DNA from: a phage
Length of the DNA stretch: 64,000 nucleotides
Assembly (NCBI GenBank): GCA_020773975.1
Contig: GCA_020773975.1_3638.1
Strand: one strand, 5' to 3'
Positions 39,517 through 47,651 of this stretch are shown one piece after another. Position numbers and translations under genes: made by a program. Under the pieces are notes generated by a model. It had not been told where the DNA came from, made no database searches, and saw nothing but the letters and a program-made list of their open reading frames with translations. How positions within the stretch are numbered: position 1 is the first letter of the stretch; the number at the start of each line of letters is the position of its first letter.

Positions 39517-39888
39517 ATGAAACAGTTAACCGCTTCCCAAAAAGCAATGATCCGTGAGTATGTTTTAAACTCTCTTTCTTTCGATATTGAATCGGGTAGC
39601 GAGCAAGAGCAGATCAAAGAATTAAAAAACCGATTTGAATCTGAATACTGGTACGATAGCAACAAGAAACGCTATCAAAATGATAAAGTACAAGGCCTCA
39701 AAAATTGGTTGCAAGGCTTGCCGAGTGGTGTTAATATCGATTTCACTTATTACGATATTGAGCAACGCCTTAAAGATCTTGGAATCATTACCGAGACGAC
39801 CAGAGAAAGCACTATTGAAAAATATATATCTGAGTGGTGGGATCTGGTAGCGCCGTTTTATGCTGGGCTAATCGTCAACTTAAAATAA
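39517..39888 (+). CDS. hypothetical protein
   Basis: GAGG SD; 123 aa. Confidence 0.55.
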   Translation: MKQLTASQKAMIREYVLNSLSFDIESGSEQEQIKELKNRFESEYWYDSNKKRYQNDKVQGLKNWLQGLPSGVNIDFTYYDIEQRLKDLGIITETTRESTIEKYISEWWDLVAPFYAGLIVNLK

Positions 39889-39923
39889 TTATTGCAAACT
39901 ATCTAAAACTGGTTTAAATTAAA

Positions 39924-39945
39924 GGGAGTGAGTTTAATCACTCCC
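39924..39945 (+). other. perfect 8-bp hairpin upstream of the next start codon
   Basis: GGGAGTGA-GTTTAA-TCACTCCC; the ORF-track GTG start at 39928 lies inside it. Confidence 0.45.
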
Positions 39946-39966
39946 AACATGAAAGAGGTTAATCAA

Positions 39967-40278
39967 ATGAATACTTATTTTTCTACTCGTTCACTTGCAC
40001 GCATTGCAGCGAAAGAAACAGGCGGTAAAGTTTTAGATAATGGCAAAGATGCGCCGATCGGTAAACGTTGGCAAGTTATCCCTGGCTATGTTATTGAAGC
40101 CGTCCAGGATACAGCAAAACAACGCGCTGAGATGGAAAATAAACCAGTAGTCACCTTGTCCATTGGTAAGCGTAGCAATGTAGCGAATCAAGCCCGTAAG
40201 GCGCTTTATTACGCCATCAATTACGCAAGAAATAATAAAACTGTTCCGCTTTATCATAAGCGTTCATTTAAGAAATAA
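39967..40278 (+). CDS. hypothetical protein
   Basis: ATG at 39967 preceded by AAGAGG. Confidence 0.5.
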   Translation: MNTYFSTRSLARIAAKETGGKVLDNGKDAPIGKRWQVIPGYVIEAVQDTAKQRAEMENKPVVTLSIGKRSNVANQARKALYYAINYARNNKTVPLYHKRSFKK

Positions 40279-40347
40279 TTTTTAATTAGATAAAAAGCGC
40301 CCTAAGAAATGGGCGCTAAACAAAAACACTTAAAGAGGTAAATTATT

Positions 40348-40698
40348 ATGGCTAGCATTGTAGAAATTTTCAAAAAAGCTGTTGAAAATAAAAACGCTGA
40401 GTTGTCTTTAACGTCTTTGAATTTTACTGATGCTTACGGTAATACTTATTTTGTTTATGAGCTTGGTTTTACTTGTCCTGAGTTAAAAACATGGGAAACG
40501 TTGCATAAATCTCGCGATCTGCAATATGGATATGGTGATCACGTTTTAACTGTTGCAATGAAAGACCTTTCAACTATTACCGGGGTAAAATCTGAGGCCG
40601 CATATATTACCCGTTGGGCGCATGACAACGGCTTAAAAATTAGTGTCAACAAGCGCACCAATTGCCGGAAAAAAGATTTAAAACAGTTTATCGCTTGA
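40348..40698 (+). CDS. hypothetical protein
   Basis: AAGAGG SD; preceded by hairpin AGCGCCC...GGGCGCT. Confidence 0.55.
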   Translation: MASIVEIFKKAVENKNAELSLTSLNFTDAYGNTYFVYELGFTCPELKTWETLHKSRDLQYGYGDHVLTVAMKDLSTITGVKSEAAYITRWAHDNGLKISVNKRTNCRKKDLKQFIA

Positions 40699-40723
40699 TC
40701 CTGTTAATCATCTTGGTGGTTGT

Positions 40724-41074
40724 ATGATCCAGTTTTATATAATCATCGCGGCGCTTGCAATTTACTTAGGATTGCACCAAAAAGTATTCAGGGTAATTCT
40801 TTGGTTTTATTACGAGTACAGGATCAGAATGGGTTATCACTATATCGAATACTCTTTCCACGGCGAGAGATACCACACAAGGAGATCCGGCCCATTAAAT
40901 GATCTTGAGGGAAACGGTTTAATCTGTGAGGTCAAAAAGCGGGGCGGGAAAATTCTTTACCACAAAGAGGGCACTTTTGATTATATTGATGAGGTGATTA
41001 ATTTTAGGCAACAAGCCGTAAAAGATCACGCCAGCAAAATAATCAACGGCAGCTATAAACGCAAAGCGGGGTAA
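40724..41074 (+). CDS. membrane-anchored hypothetical protein
   Basis: N-terminal TM (FYIIIAALAIYLGL). Confidence 0.5.
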   Translation: MIQFYIIIAALAIYLGLHQKVFRVILWFYYEYRIRMGYHYIEYSFHGERYHTRRSGPLNDLEGNGLICEVKKRGGKILYHKEGTFDYIDEVINFRQQAVKDHASKIINGSYKRKAG

Positions 41075-41075
41075 T

Positions 41076-41258
41076 ATGCGGAATTTTGAAAAAATTGTTA
41101 AAGCTAATCGCCTGGAATACGGGGAAACAGACGAAAAACGGGAACGGGTAGGCAAACGCCATAAACCTAAAAAGGTTCCTAAATTGTGGTGTCCTGATAA
41201 ATACGATCACAAATTAAAACAGCGTATCGCTGAGAAACAGCGATTAAACGCAAGATAA
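41076..41258 (+). CDS. small basic hypothetical protein
   Basis: 60 aa, Lys/Arg-rich. Confidence 0.4.
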   Translation: MRNFEKIVKANRLEYGETDEKRERVGKRHKPKKVPKLWCPDKYDHKLKQRIAEKQRLNAR

Positions 41259-41264
41259 CAGACA

Positions 41265-41290
41265 AGGCCGGAACTATCCGGCCTTTTTAA
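41265..41290 (+). terminator. rho-independent terminator
   Basis: AGGCCGGA-ACTA-TCCGGCCT followed by TTTTTAA. Confidence 0.7.
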
Positions 41291-41371
41291 TGCCTGGTGG
41301 CGTTCAGAACGATTAAAACTATTAAAGATGGTCCGATGTACCACAAAATAAAATAGCTCGTTAGAGAGTGT

Positions 41372-41394
41372 TTTAGAGGCCTTAAAATCGATCC
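41372..41394 (+). promoter_or_regulatory. conserved 23-nt motif (copy 1) downstream of a terminator
   Basis: TTTAGAGGCCTTAAAATCGATCC; second copy TTTAGGCCGCTTAAAATCGATCC at 44842-44864. Confidence 0.45.
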
Positions 41395-41415
41395 TAAAAA
41401 TATCTATAAAAATGC

Positions 41416-41444
41416 TTGCAATGCTTTCCCGCTATCGTTATAGT
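41416..41444 (+). promoter_or_regulatory. sigma70-like promoter
   Basis: TTGCAA-17 nt-TATAGT. Confidence 0.45.
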
Positions 41445-41653
41445 GTTCCCAACAAGCAAGCAAACGAGGTTAACGGCAATGATTGAGATTCTTAAAAATC
41501 CTATTTTGTGTGGTATGGTTGTTTCTGTGTCACTTCCGATCGTGCTGTTAGTCGTTAGCGAAATAGATGATTTTATCTTTAATAAAAGACTTGCCAACAA
41601 GTCAAAAACAAATTAATATAGTATCAGCATACTAACTAGCGAGGTGATTTAAT

Positions 41654-41872
41654 ATGTTTGGTTTTATTGTTCTATCTTGTTCTCTTCCTGTCACTGCTGC
41701 AAAGGTAGAATGTAACTACACTGTAAAAGAGACTTTTAATGATGAAAAGTCTTGCAATGTATACGAAAATAATTATAAACTAGGAGACGGGGAGCAGTTC
41801 GGGATCTGTGATGAATTAAAGGACGGTATGAAGAAAGGCGATAAGCGCCCGATCCTGGTCCTGAAAAAATAA
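41654..41872 (+). CDS. small secreted protein
   Basis: Signal peptide-like MFGFIVLSCSLPVTAAK; GAGGTGA SD. Confidence 0.5.
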   Translation: MFGFIVLSCSLPVTAAKVECNYTVKETFNDEKSCNVYENNYKLGDGEQFGICDELKDGMKKGDKRPILVLKK

Positions 41873-41913
41873 TTTTTCTAATCATGTTGATCAATTCTTA
41901 AGAGGTGAATAAA

Positions 41914-42201
41914 ATGTTTGAAGTTTTCGCGGGTATGTGTTTTTATACAGCTTTGGCAGTTCGCCAATGTGATGATTATATCGTTGAATCATACGATGAT
42001 CAGTTGACTTGCGAAATAGTCGCTAATGACTACGGCAAAAAAGATCGCTGGATTAATCCGGCTTGCATACCATCCCCAGAGGTAGAAGCCATGCCGGAAG
42101 GGGAAGAGGTATCAAATCCAGTTGTAGCAGTATCCTCCTTTTTCGTTGACAACCTGGACGCCCAAGAATTGATCAACATGTATGTAAAAAATCAAAAATA
42201 A
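41914..42201 (+). CDS. hypothetical protein
   Basis: ATG at 41914 preceded by AAGAGGTGA; the ORF-track start at 41905 is GTG. Confidence 0.5.
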   Translation: MFEVFAGMCFYTALAVRQCDDYIVESYDDQLTCEIVANDYGKKDRWINPACIPSPEVEAMPEGEEVSNPVVAVSSFFVDNLDAQELINMYVKNQK

Positions 42202-42204
42202 CGC

Positions 42205-42240
42205 TTGACGTTGATTTGTGCCACCTTATAATAGGTGGCA
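42205..42240 (+). promoter_or_regulatory. promoter-palindrome module (type C)
   Basis: -35 TTGACG (42205-42210), -10 TATAAT (42227-42232) sitting exactly between the arms TGCCACCT (42219-42226) and AGGTGGCA (42233-42240). Confidence 0.5.
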
Positions 42241-42291
42241 TAGGTAAGCGAAAGCGGATCTAAGTCTTAAACAAGGTAAGAGAGGTAAATC

Positions 42292-42612
42292 ATGGAACAA
42301 GCTAATAAATTTTTCTTCCTGGCTGGGATCGTGGATAATGTGAAATGTGATTTCAAGCGTGAAAATGATAAGACGTTACTCACTTTCTGCGATATGCTTG
42401 ATCATGAGAATGCCGACAAGTTACGAATCGAGATCCGCACGATAACCAATATCGACAATTCAAGCCGTTTAATTTATAAATCTCATTCGATAGCTTACAG
42501 CTTGGAAACATCAACAAGCTGCATACAACAAGGTGAGAGCTTGCCCATTCTAAATAGTGCCGATGTATTTGGCGCGGTTGTTGCAATTGTAAATGATGTT
42601 TTTTCTCGTTGA
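42292..42612 (+). CDS. hypothetical protein
   Basis: AGAGAGG SD. Confidence 0.5.
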   Translation: MEQANKFFFLAGIVDNVKCDFKRENDKTLLTFCDMLDHENADKLRIEIRTITNIDNSSRLIYKSHSIAYSLETSTSCIQQGESLPILNSADVFGAVVAIVNDVFSR

Positions 42613-42729
42613 TTGGTGTTAATATTATGTTAGAGAATATCGTGTTTTGGTGTGGTGTCGTTATCGCTGTTATGGTTGGCATCCTGGCGACGATGGCGAA
42701 CATTGTGATCTCAAACAACCTGGCAGGGT

Positions 42730-42778
42730 AAAAATTTTTTAAAAATAGTATTGACATACTGGCGGCATATGGTATCAT
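42730..42778 (+). promoter_or_regulatory. sigma70-like promoter with AT-rich UP element (copy 2 of the duplicated 27-bp module)
   Basis: AAAAATTTTTTAAAAATAGTATTGACA (42730-42756), identical to 38286-38312, then TATCAT. Confidence 0.5.
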
Positions 42779-42910
42779 TTACCACATGAAGGGGCGAGAT
42801 TGACTTGCCTCACTAACGAAAGGTAAATAATGATGAACATTTCTAAAACTACTTTTAACTTTGCTAAAAAGCGTGGAATTTAGCTTGAGCTAGTCGAAGC
42901 AGATGATCGC

Positions 42911-43099
42911 TTGCTCCTGGCTTTTTATGAAGCTAAAAACGAATGTGAGTGGATGTTCTCTTATAATGTTAATCATGATTGCCTAACCTGGCGCGGAAAT
43001 ATCTATCTTTCAAACGAAGTGAAAGAGGAATTACCCGCCACGATCACGACTGAGAAAAAACTACGTGAGGTTATTGACTTCATCTCTAAAAGTATCTAA
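42911..43099 (+). CDS. hypothetical protein
   Basis: 62-aa ORF. Confidence 0.4.
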   Translation: MLLAFYEAKNECEWMFSYNVNHDCLTWRGNIYLSNEVKEELPATITTEKKLREVIDFISKSI

Positions 43100-43145
43100 G
43101 ATTACAGGGAAAGGGGCAAAAGCCCCCTACCGCAGAAGGTATAAA

Positions 43146-43370
43146 ATGGATAAATTAACAAAGATTGAACATGAAGTTATGGATCTTGCAAGGGCTAATA
43201 GGCCATTTGACAAGATTTTCTCTAAGGAGAATAAAGAGATCTTGAAAGATCTAACGCAAGGTCAAAAAGACGGCTTGCGCCGCTTATATCGTGAGGCGTA
43301 TGACTATTTTCGCTGGTGGGAAATAGAAGAGGCTAACGCGAAAATAGAAGGCCTAGAAAATTTAGTATAA
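43146..43370 (+). CDS. hypothetical protein
   Basis: ATG at 43146 preceded by GAAGGT; the ORF-track ORF 43065-43370 starts further upstream. Confidence 0.45.
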   Translation: MDKLTKIEHEVMDLARANRPFDKIFSKENKEILKDLTQGQKDGLRRLYREAYDYFRWWEIEEANAKIEGLENLV

Positions 43371-43376
43371 AAGTAG

Positions 43377-43423
43377 TTGACTTTTACTTATGCCGTGATA
43401 GAATGCACGGCATAGATAAGAGA
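43377..43423 (+). promoter_or_regulatory. promoter-palindrome module (type B, copy 2)
   Basis: -35 TTGACT (43377-43382), 16-nt spacer, -10 TAGAAT (43399-43404); arms TATGCCGTG (43389-43397) / CACGGCATA (43406-43414); followed by GATAAGAGA as in copy 1. Confidence 0.5.
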
Positions 43424-43465
43424 GACGGCACAAGCCATTGATTAAACTTAAAGAGGTAAATTATC

Positions 43466-43867
43466 ATGAATACTTACAAAACTGTTTTTAATTTCGACAA
43501 CTTCAAAGCTATCTGTGACGATCAGATCGGTAAGTGCCGTAAAGAAAAAGGATTCTATAAATCTTATAAATTGATTGCGGTTGTTGATGAAGAGATCACC
43601 GAAGTGGCAACGCTCAACCTGTACCACACCAACGCTACTAATTACGCTTGCCTGTGGATGCACTGGACCAATATTAAAGGTTGGGATCATGGCTATGTTG
43701 GCGGGAAAGCAAGCGGATACGGTTACGACAGGGAGGAGGCCGCGATCCATGTCGTAGCTAATAAGCTCGGTATTACTGGCAACTGGTTTAAAGGTGAGCA
43801 ATTGCTAGATGCGATGGCACGCCATTTTGATATGAAAGGCGCAAAGGTTATAACTTGCAACGCGTGA
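43466..43867 (+). CDS. hypothetical protein
   Basis: AAGAGG SD; 133 aa. Confidence 0.55.
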   Translation: MNTYKTVFNFDNFKAICDDQIGKCRKEKGFYKSYKLIAVVDEEITEVATLNLYHTNATNYACLWMHWTNIKGWDHGYVGGKASGYGYDREEAAIHVVANKLGITGNWFKGEQLLDAMARHFDMKGAKVITCNA

Positions 43868-43914
43868 TCATTCAATAGCGGGGAATATTCCCCGCTTATA
43901 GATAGGGCATAATC

Positions 43915-44166
43915 ATGATTTACGATCTTAAATATTACGACGAATTGAGCATTACAGCACAATTAACCGCCCGTGTCAATATTATAGCAGACCTTGAGAA
44001 TCACCACAGAAAGCGCATAGTCCAGACTATCGCAAGTTTTAAAAATAATCCTCATAAAGTGATTAATGACACGAAGCACATTCAACGCCTCAGAAACGGC
44101 GCAAAGGCGCTTTATAGTGTACAAGTTTTAACGAGATCGCCCCGCGTTTTGACTGGTCGAGCTTAA
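43915..44166 (+). CDS. hypothetical protein
   Basis: 83-aa ORF. Confidence 0.45.
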   Translation: MIYDLKYYDELSITAQLTARVNIIADLENHHRKRIVQTIASFKNNPHKVINDTKHIQRLRNGAKALYSVQVLTRSPRVLTGRA

Positions 44167-44241
44167 AAACAATAGTTTAAAATTAATTTAGTTATTGATA
44201 AAATCTTATATAAAACTTTAATCTAAAAGGGGTGAATTAAT

Positions 44242-44442
44242 ATGAAACGTTTTACCTATGGTGTTGTTGGTGGTTATGTTTCAAACCGGTTTTACAATAC
44301 CGAGCGTGGTGCTAAAAATGCGGCTACCCGTGGATATGGCAATAGTGCAAATTTACAAGTTGGCTACATTAGCAAAATTAGCGGTATGTTTATTCCGGTT
44401 GCTCAACGCGGCATGTATTGCATAAACTGGATGCCAATGTAA
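44242..44442 (+). CDS. hypothetical protein
   Basis: AAGGGGTGA SD. Confidence 0.45.
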   Translation: MKRFTYGVVGGYVSNRFYNTERGAKNAATRGYGNSANLQVGYISKISGMFIPVAQRGMYCINWMPM

Positions 44443-44457
44443 AAAGGAGTAATAAAA

Positions 44458-44649
44458 ATGGATGTATCACAAGTTAGAAAGGTATTAGCAGCGTTACGCT
44501 ATCACAATTATAGCAAGGTGAAGAATGATCCTGATTATGTTGATTCCAGCTTGGAGGAAGACACCTTGCAAGCTATAAGCCATATGCAGGAATTGCTTAA
44601 GCGTATGACAGAGAAGAACAGATCTGATTATATAGGTGAAGAGATTTAA
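44458..44649 (+). CDS. hypothetical protein
   Basis: AAGGAG SD; last ORF of the cassette. Confidence 0.45.
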   Translation: MDVSQVRKVLAALRYHNYSKVKNDPDYVDSSLEEDTLQAISHMQELLKRMTEKNRSDYIGEEI

Positions 44650-44682
44650 TCTCTTACAACCGCACAAAGTAAAATTGTACAA

Positions 44683-44709
44683 GGGGCGCATTAAGCGCCC
44701 TTTATTTTT
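44683..44709 (+). terminator. rho-independent terminator closing the small-ORF cassette
   Basis: GGGCGC-ATTAA-GCGCCC followed by TTTATTTTT. Confidence 0.7.
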
Positions 44710-44911
44710 GCCCTAACAAGCATGATAAGTTTTATCTATCAAAACACCACACAGAAAAAAGTGAATAAAACGCGGTATCGAGCTAAACGAGGGTAGGCAG
44801 TACAACGGCAAGGGTAAACAATTAAGGCCGTTATAACGCGATTTAGGCCGCTTAAAATCGATCCCCATCACGAACAACCCCCATAATCTGACCAAAACGA
44901 CACAACATGAC

Positions 44912-45000
44912 TTAAATGATAACCATTCTCAACAACATAAGAATTTTTATGCAATTTTAGTGAATATCTATTTAAATGATAATGACTCTCAACAACAAAA
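44912..45000. repeat. two direct repeats of about 29 bp
   Basis: TTAAATGATAACCATTCTCAACAACATAA (44912-44940) and TTTAAATGATAATGACTCTCAACAACAAAA (44971-45000). Confidence 0.55.
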
Positions 45001-45092
45001 TAACACGACCGAAGCGATTTAATCGCCTATCACAAAACAAATCAATTGTAAAGAACAATTTAAAAGCTGCGTAAGTGGCGCGACCGTAGGGA

Positions 45093-45320
45093 GCGACACA
45101 ATAACGCAGTAGTAACCCCTCCCCCTCACTCCTTACAGTCGCCCGGTATCGGGATAGCGTTATTATGTCGCTACGCGCCAACGCGTTAACAATTTTGCAA
45201 AGAAGCCTGCTTTGCAGGTTAAGCGCATTGCGCTTAATCGCGTAGCGACTATGTGAAATTATAACAGTTAAATTATTAATAAAATCTTGCAAAATTGTTA
45301 ACCTACTGCGTTATTGTGTC
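45093..45320. repeat. nested inverted-repeat element (18-bp perfect terminal inverted repeats around about 190 bp)
   Basis: GACACAATAACGCAGTAG (45095-45112) is the exact reverse complement of CTACTGCGTTATTGTGTC (45303-45320); inside, GTCGCTACGCG / CGCGTAGCGAC plus the palindromes ACGCGT, GTTAAC, CCTGC...GCAGG, AAGCGCATTGCGCTT. Confidence 0.6.
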
Positions 45321-45433
45321 CTGTATATAATTCGTTAAATTAACCAAATTAATCCCCGATTATTACGCAGTAAATCACCTGCTTTTAACCCTGTTAATGT
45401 GCCACGTAGTGATCTGCTATCTTGCCCAGGGAT

Positions 45434-45452
45434 AACCGCATGGCATGCGGTT
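45434..45452. repeat. perfect 9-bp-arm palindrome
   Basis: AACCGCATG-G-CATGCGGTT. Confidence 0.55.
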
Positions 45453-45530
45453 AAATGCTGTTAAGTGCTTGAAATGCCAGATCAATTTGGTCACTGCGTG
45501 ATTATGATTGCGACAATAATTTGCTATTTA

Positions 45531-45560
45531 TTTGTTATAATTTGTTATAATTTGTTAAAC
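45531..45560. repeat. tandem 10-mer repeat (3 copies)
   Basis: TTTGTTATAA TTTGTTATAA TTTGTTAAAC. Confidence 0.6.
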
Positions 45561-45659
45561 ACTCTTTTATCTTTTCTCTTACATTTTCGTTATATTTGAT
45601 TTGTTATCGTTTTCCCTCATTTCGCTTCGTTATTGAAAACAAGAATTATTATCATTGAT

Positions 45660-45960
45660 ACGCCTTAACAGGCTGGCGGGTCTGTTAGTGGTCTGGCTCT
45701 CTGTGTGGTCATGTTGTTATTGGTTGTGATAGCTTGGTTTTATTGTCTGGCCTGTTATTGTTAGCTTGCTTATTGTTGTGTGGTGTATGTATTAGTTAGC
45801 TAGTACATTAGCTGGTGCGCATAACGTGTATTATGTTAAATCAGGTGGCCCACAAGTAAGGTGGCTTGTCAATAACAATAAGTGCTATGTGCGGTAGTCT
45901 GGCCCATCAGTGTGCCCCTTTGTTGTGTGGTGCTCTCAGTGTGTGACCTGTCTGCTGTGT
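45660..45960 (+). other. strand-biased G+T-rich non-coding tract
   Basis: Top strand almost devoid of A and C runs; recurring TGTGTGG/CTCTGTGTGG; ends with a diverged fourth copy of the GTTCTCGATC repeat at 45983. Confidence 0.5.
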
Positions 45961-46190
45961 GCGCTGCGCCAAATCTCGAGCGGTTCTCGATCACAATAGC
46001 TGTAGGATATTTTCAAAACATCCGAATTTCCATCGACACCCCCAGCTCATCTGCCTGTCACCTCTGAGATAAAGCTGTAGATATTTTCACTCCTCACATC
46101 ATGCACAAGTTAATACATGCAAGTCTTTACAGACAGGGGTGGGTGGTGTAAAATACCTGTGCCAACAGTACAAAACACAGAGGAGGTTTA

Positions 46191-47651
46191 GTGGCAAAAC
46201 AGTTCTTTGACAAACATTACATGGAAACGCATTTTGTAGAGAAACCTCTGCATCGCCTGAACTTTACAGATTTAGAAGGAATGAGGTTTGGCAAGATAAC
46301 GGTGCACAAACTTAACAGAAGAGAGGATAAGTCTTTTGTGTGGTGGTGTACGTGTGATTGTAACCCATCCAGATATTTTATGGTTGTGCCTTACTCACTT
46401 AAAACAGGGGTGACAACATCTTGTGGTTGCAATTATAAAACTAATGGAGGGAATATACATGAAACACTCCAAGAGTTTCAAAAGAAAGTTGGTGGTGATT
46501 GGGAGATTATCTCATACCAAGGTAGAAAGCACGATTGTGTTGCCAAATGTACTATGTGTGGGAGTATTGTCACCAAACAAGGTGGCTCATTTATCTGCGG
46601 TGTGACGTGCCATTGCACTGATAAAAGAATAAAGAGGCGTGATGATATTTTGCATCTTGCGGGGTACAGTCTGATCAAAGAAGAGAAAGTTCAACAGCAG
46701 AATGGTGAATATATAATGCACTTGCGCTGTAAATCTTGTGGTGTTAAGAAACTGACGCGAAACACGGAGTTAAGGGATTTAAAGCCATGCCTGTGTAGAG
46801 GCGACCACACCAACAATGGGAAACCTTGCGCCATTTACCTGCTTTCACATAAAGATGGTAAGTATTGTAAGATTGGTAGGTCTTATAGCCCCTCCTCAAG
46901 ATTACGTATGATTAATGGTTCTGGTGGCGACTTTATATTGGAGCATGTTTGGTGGACACCTAACTATCACTACGCATCTGTGCTGGAGACAACACTCCAC
47001 AGGGAATTTTCTGAGCATCGCTTTGACGCTGGTGGTTTCGATGGGAGCACAGAGTGTTTCTACATAAAGCCTGACAAATTGGCAAAAGGAATATCTGAGA
47101 TAGTCGCCAAGTTGGTTGGGGATTACAAACCTGAAGATGGGGTGTTGACAAAAGATGTGAAGATAAGGAATAACTACAAGAACAGCGGTATGATTGTGAA
47201 GTCTAGGAGTTATCACTTCAAAGAGTCAGATGTGTGTTTGTGGATACCTTATAAAGGGTATCTCAGAAAGAAGAGATCCCCATTCTCCTCTTGGGAGATG
47301 GCAGAAGAGTGTCACTATTTAGCTGCAAATGTGCAGCCTTCCAAAAACTTAGATAGGTTTAAAATTTATGATGTGGATGGGGTTACTGACTCCATAGCAG
47401 GTTGGTCAAGGAGAACTGGAATCCCTGCTCAGACACTTACGTGGAGAATGCAACGCACAGGCATGACAATGAAAGAGGCGATTAATTATTGCAGACCAGA
47501 CACTGTTATTTGGTGTGGCGGGAAAATGGTTAAGAAGAGAGATCTTAAAAGCATTATCGGTGTTTCTTGGGAGTCGGTTTATACAGCATCCAGAAAAAGC
47601 AAGAAGTCCCCAGAACATATTATAGAAGAAATACTGAAAAGGGCCACTTAA
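46191..47651 (+). CDS. T5orf172 (GIY-YIG superfamily)-like protein with N-terminal Cys-rich Zn-finger repeats and C-terminal HTH-like module
   Basis: GTG start 4 nt after AGGAGG; core AIYLLSHKDGKYCKIGRSYSPSSRLRMING ... EHVWW ... ETTLHREF ... GSTECFYI; several CxxC/CxC clusters upstream; C-terminal GVTDSIAGWSRRTGIPAQTLTWRMQRTGMTMKEAI. Confidence 0.55.
   Translation: MAKQFFDKHYMETHFVEKPLHRLNFTDLEGMRFGKITVHKLNRREDKSFVWWCTCDCNPSRYFMVVPYSLKTGVTTSCGCNYKTNGGNIHETLQEFQKKVGGDWEIISYQGRKHDCVAKCTMCGSIVTKQGGSFICGVTCHCTDKRIKRRDDILHLAGYSLIKEEKVQQQNGEYIMHLRCKSCGVKKLTRNTELRDLKPCLCRGDHTNNGKPCAIYLLSHKDGKYCKIGRSYSPSSRLRMINGSGGDFILEHVWWTPNYHYASVLETTLHREFSEHRFDAGGFDGSTECFYIKPDKLAKGISEIVAKLVGDYKPEDGVLTKDVKIRNNYKNSGMIVKSRSYHFKESDVCLWIPYKGYLRKKRSPFSSWEMAEECHYLAANVQPSKNLDRFKIYDVDGVTDSIAGWSRRTGIPAQTLTWRMQRTGMTMKEAINYCRPDTVIWCGGKMVKKRDLKSIIGVSWESVYTASRKSKKSPEHIIEEILKRAT

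Noticed and set aside
43915-44166. Possible RelE/ParE-like toxin among the cassette ORFs
   Set aside because: Only a vague C-terminal resemblance (LRNGAKALYSVQV); the conserved RelE catalytic pattern and a paired antitoxin are not evident.
45810-45817. Chi-like sequence GCTGGTGC
   Set aside because: 7 of 8 match only (Chi is GCTGGTGG).
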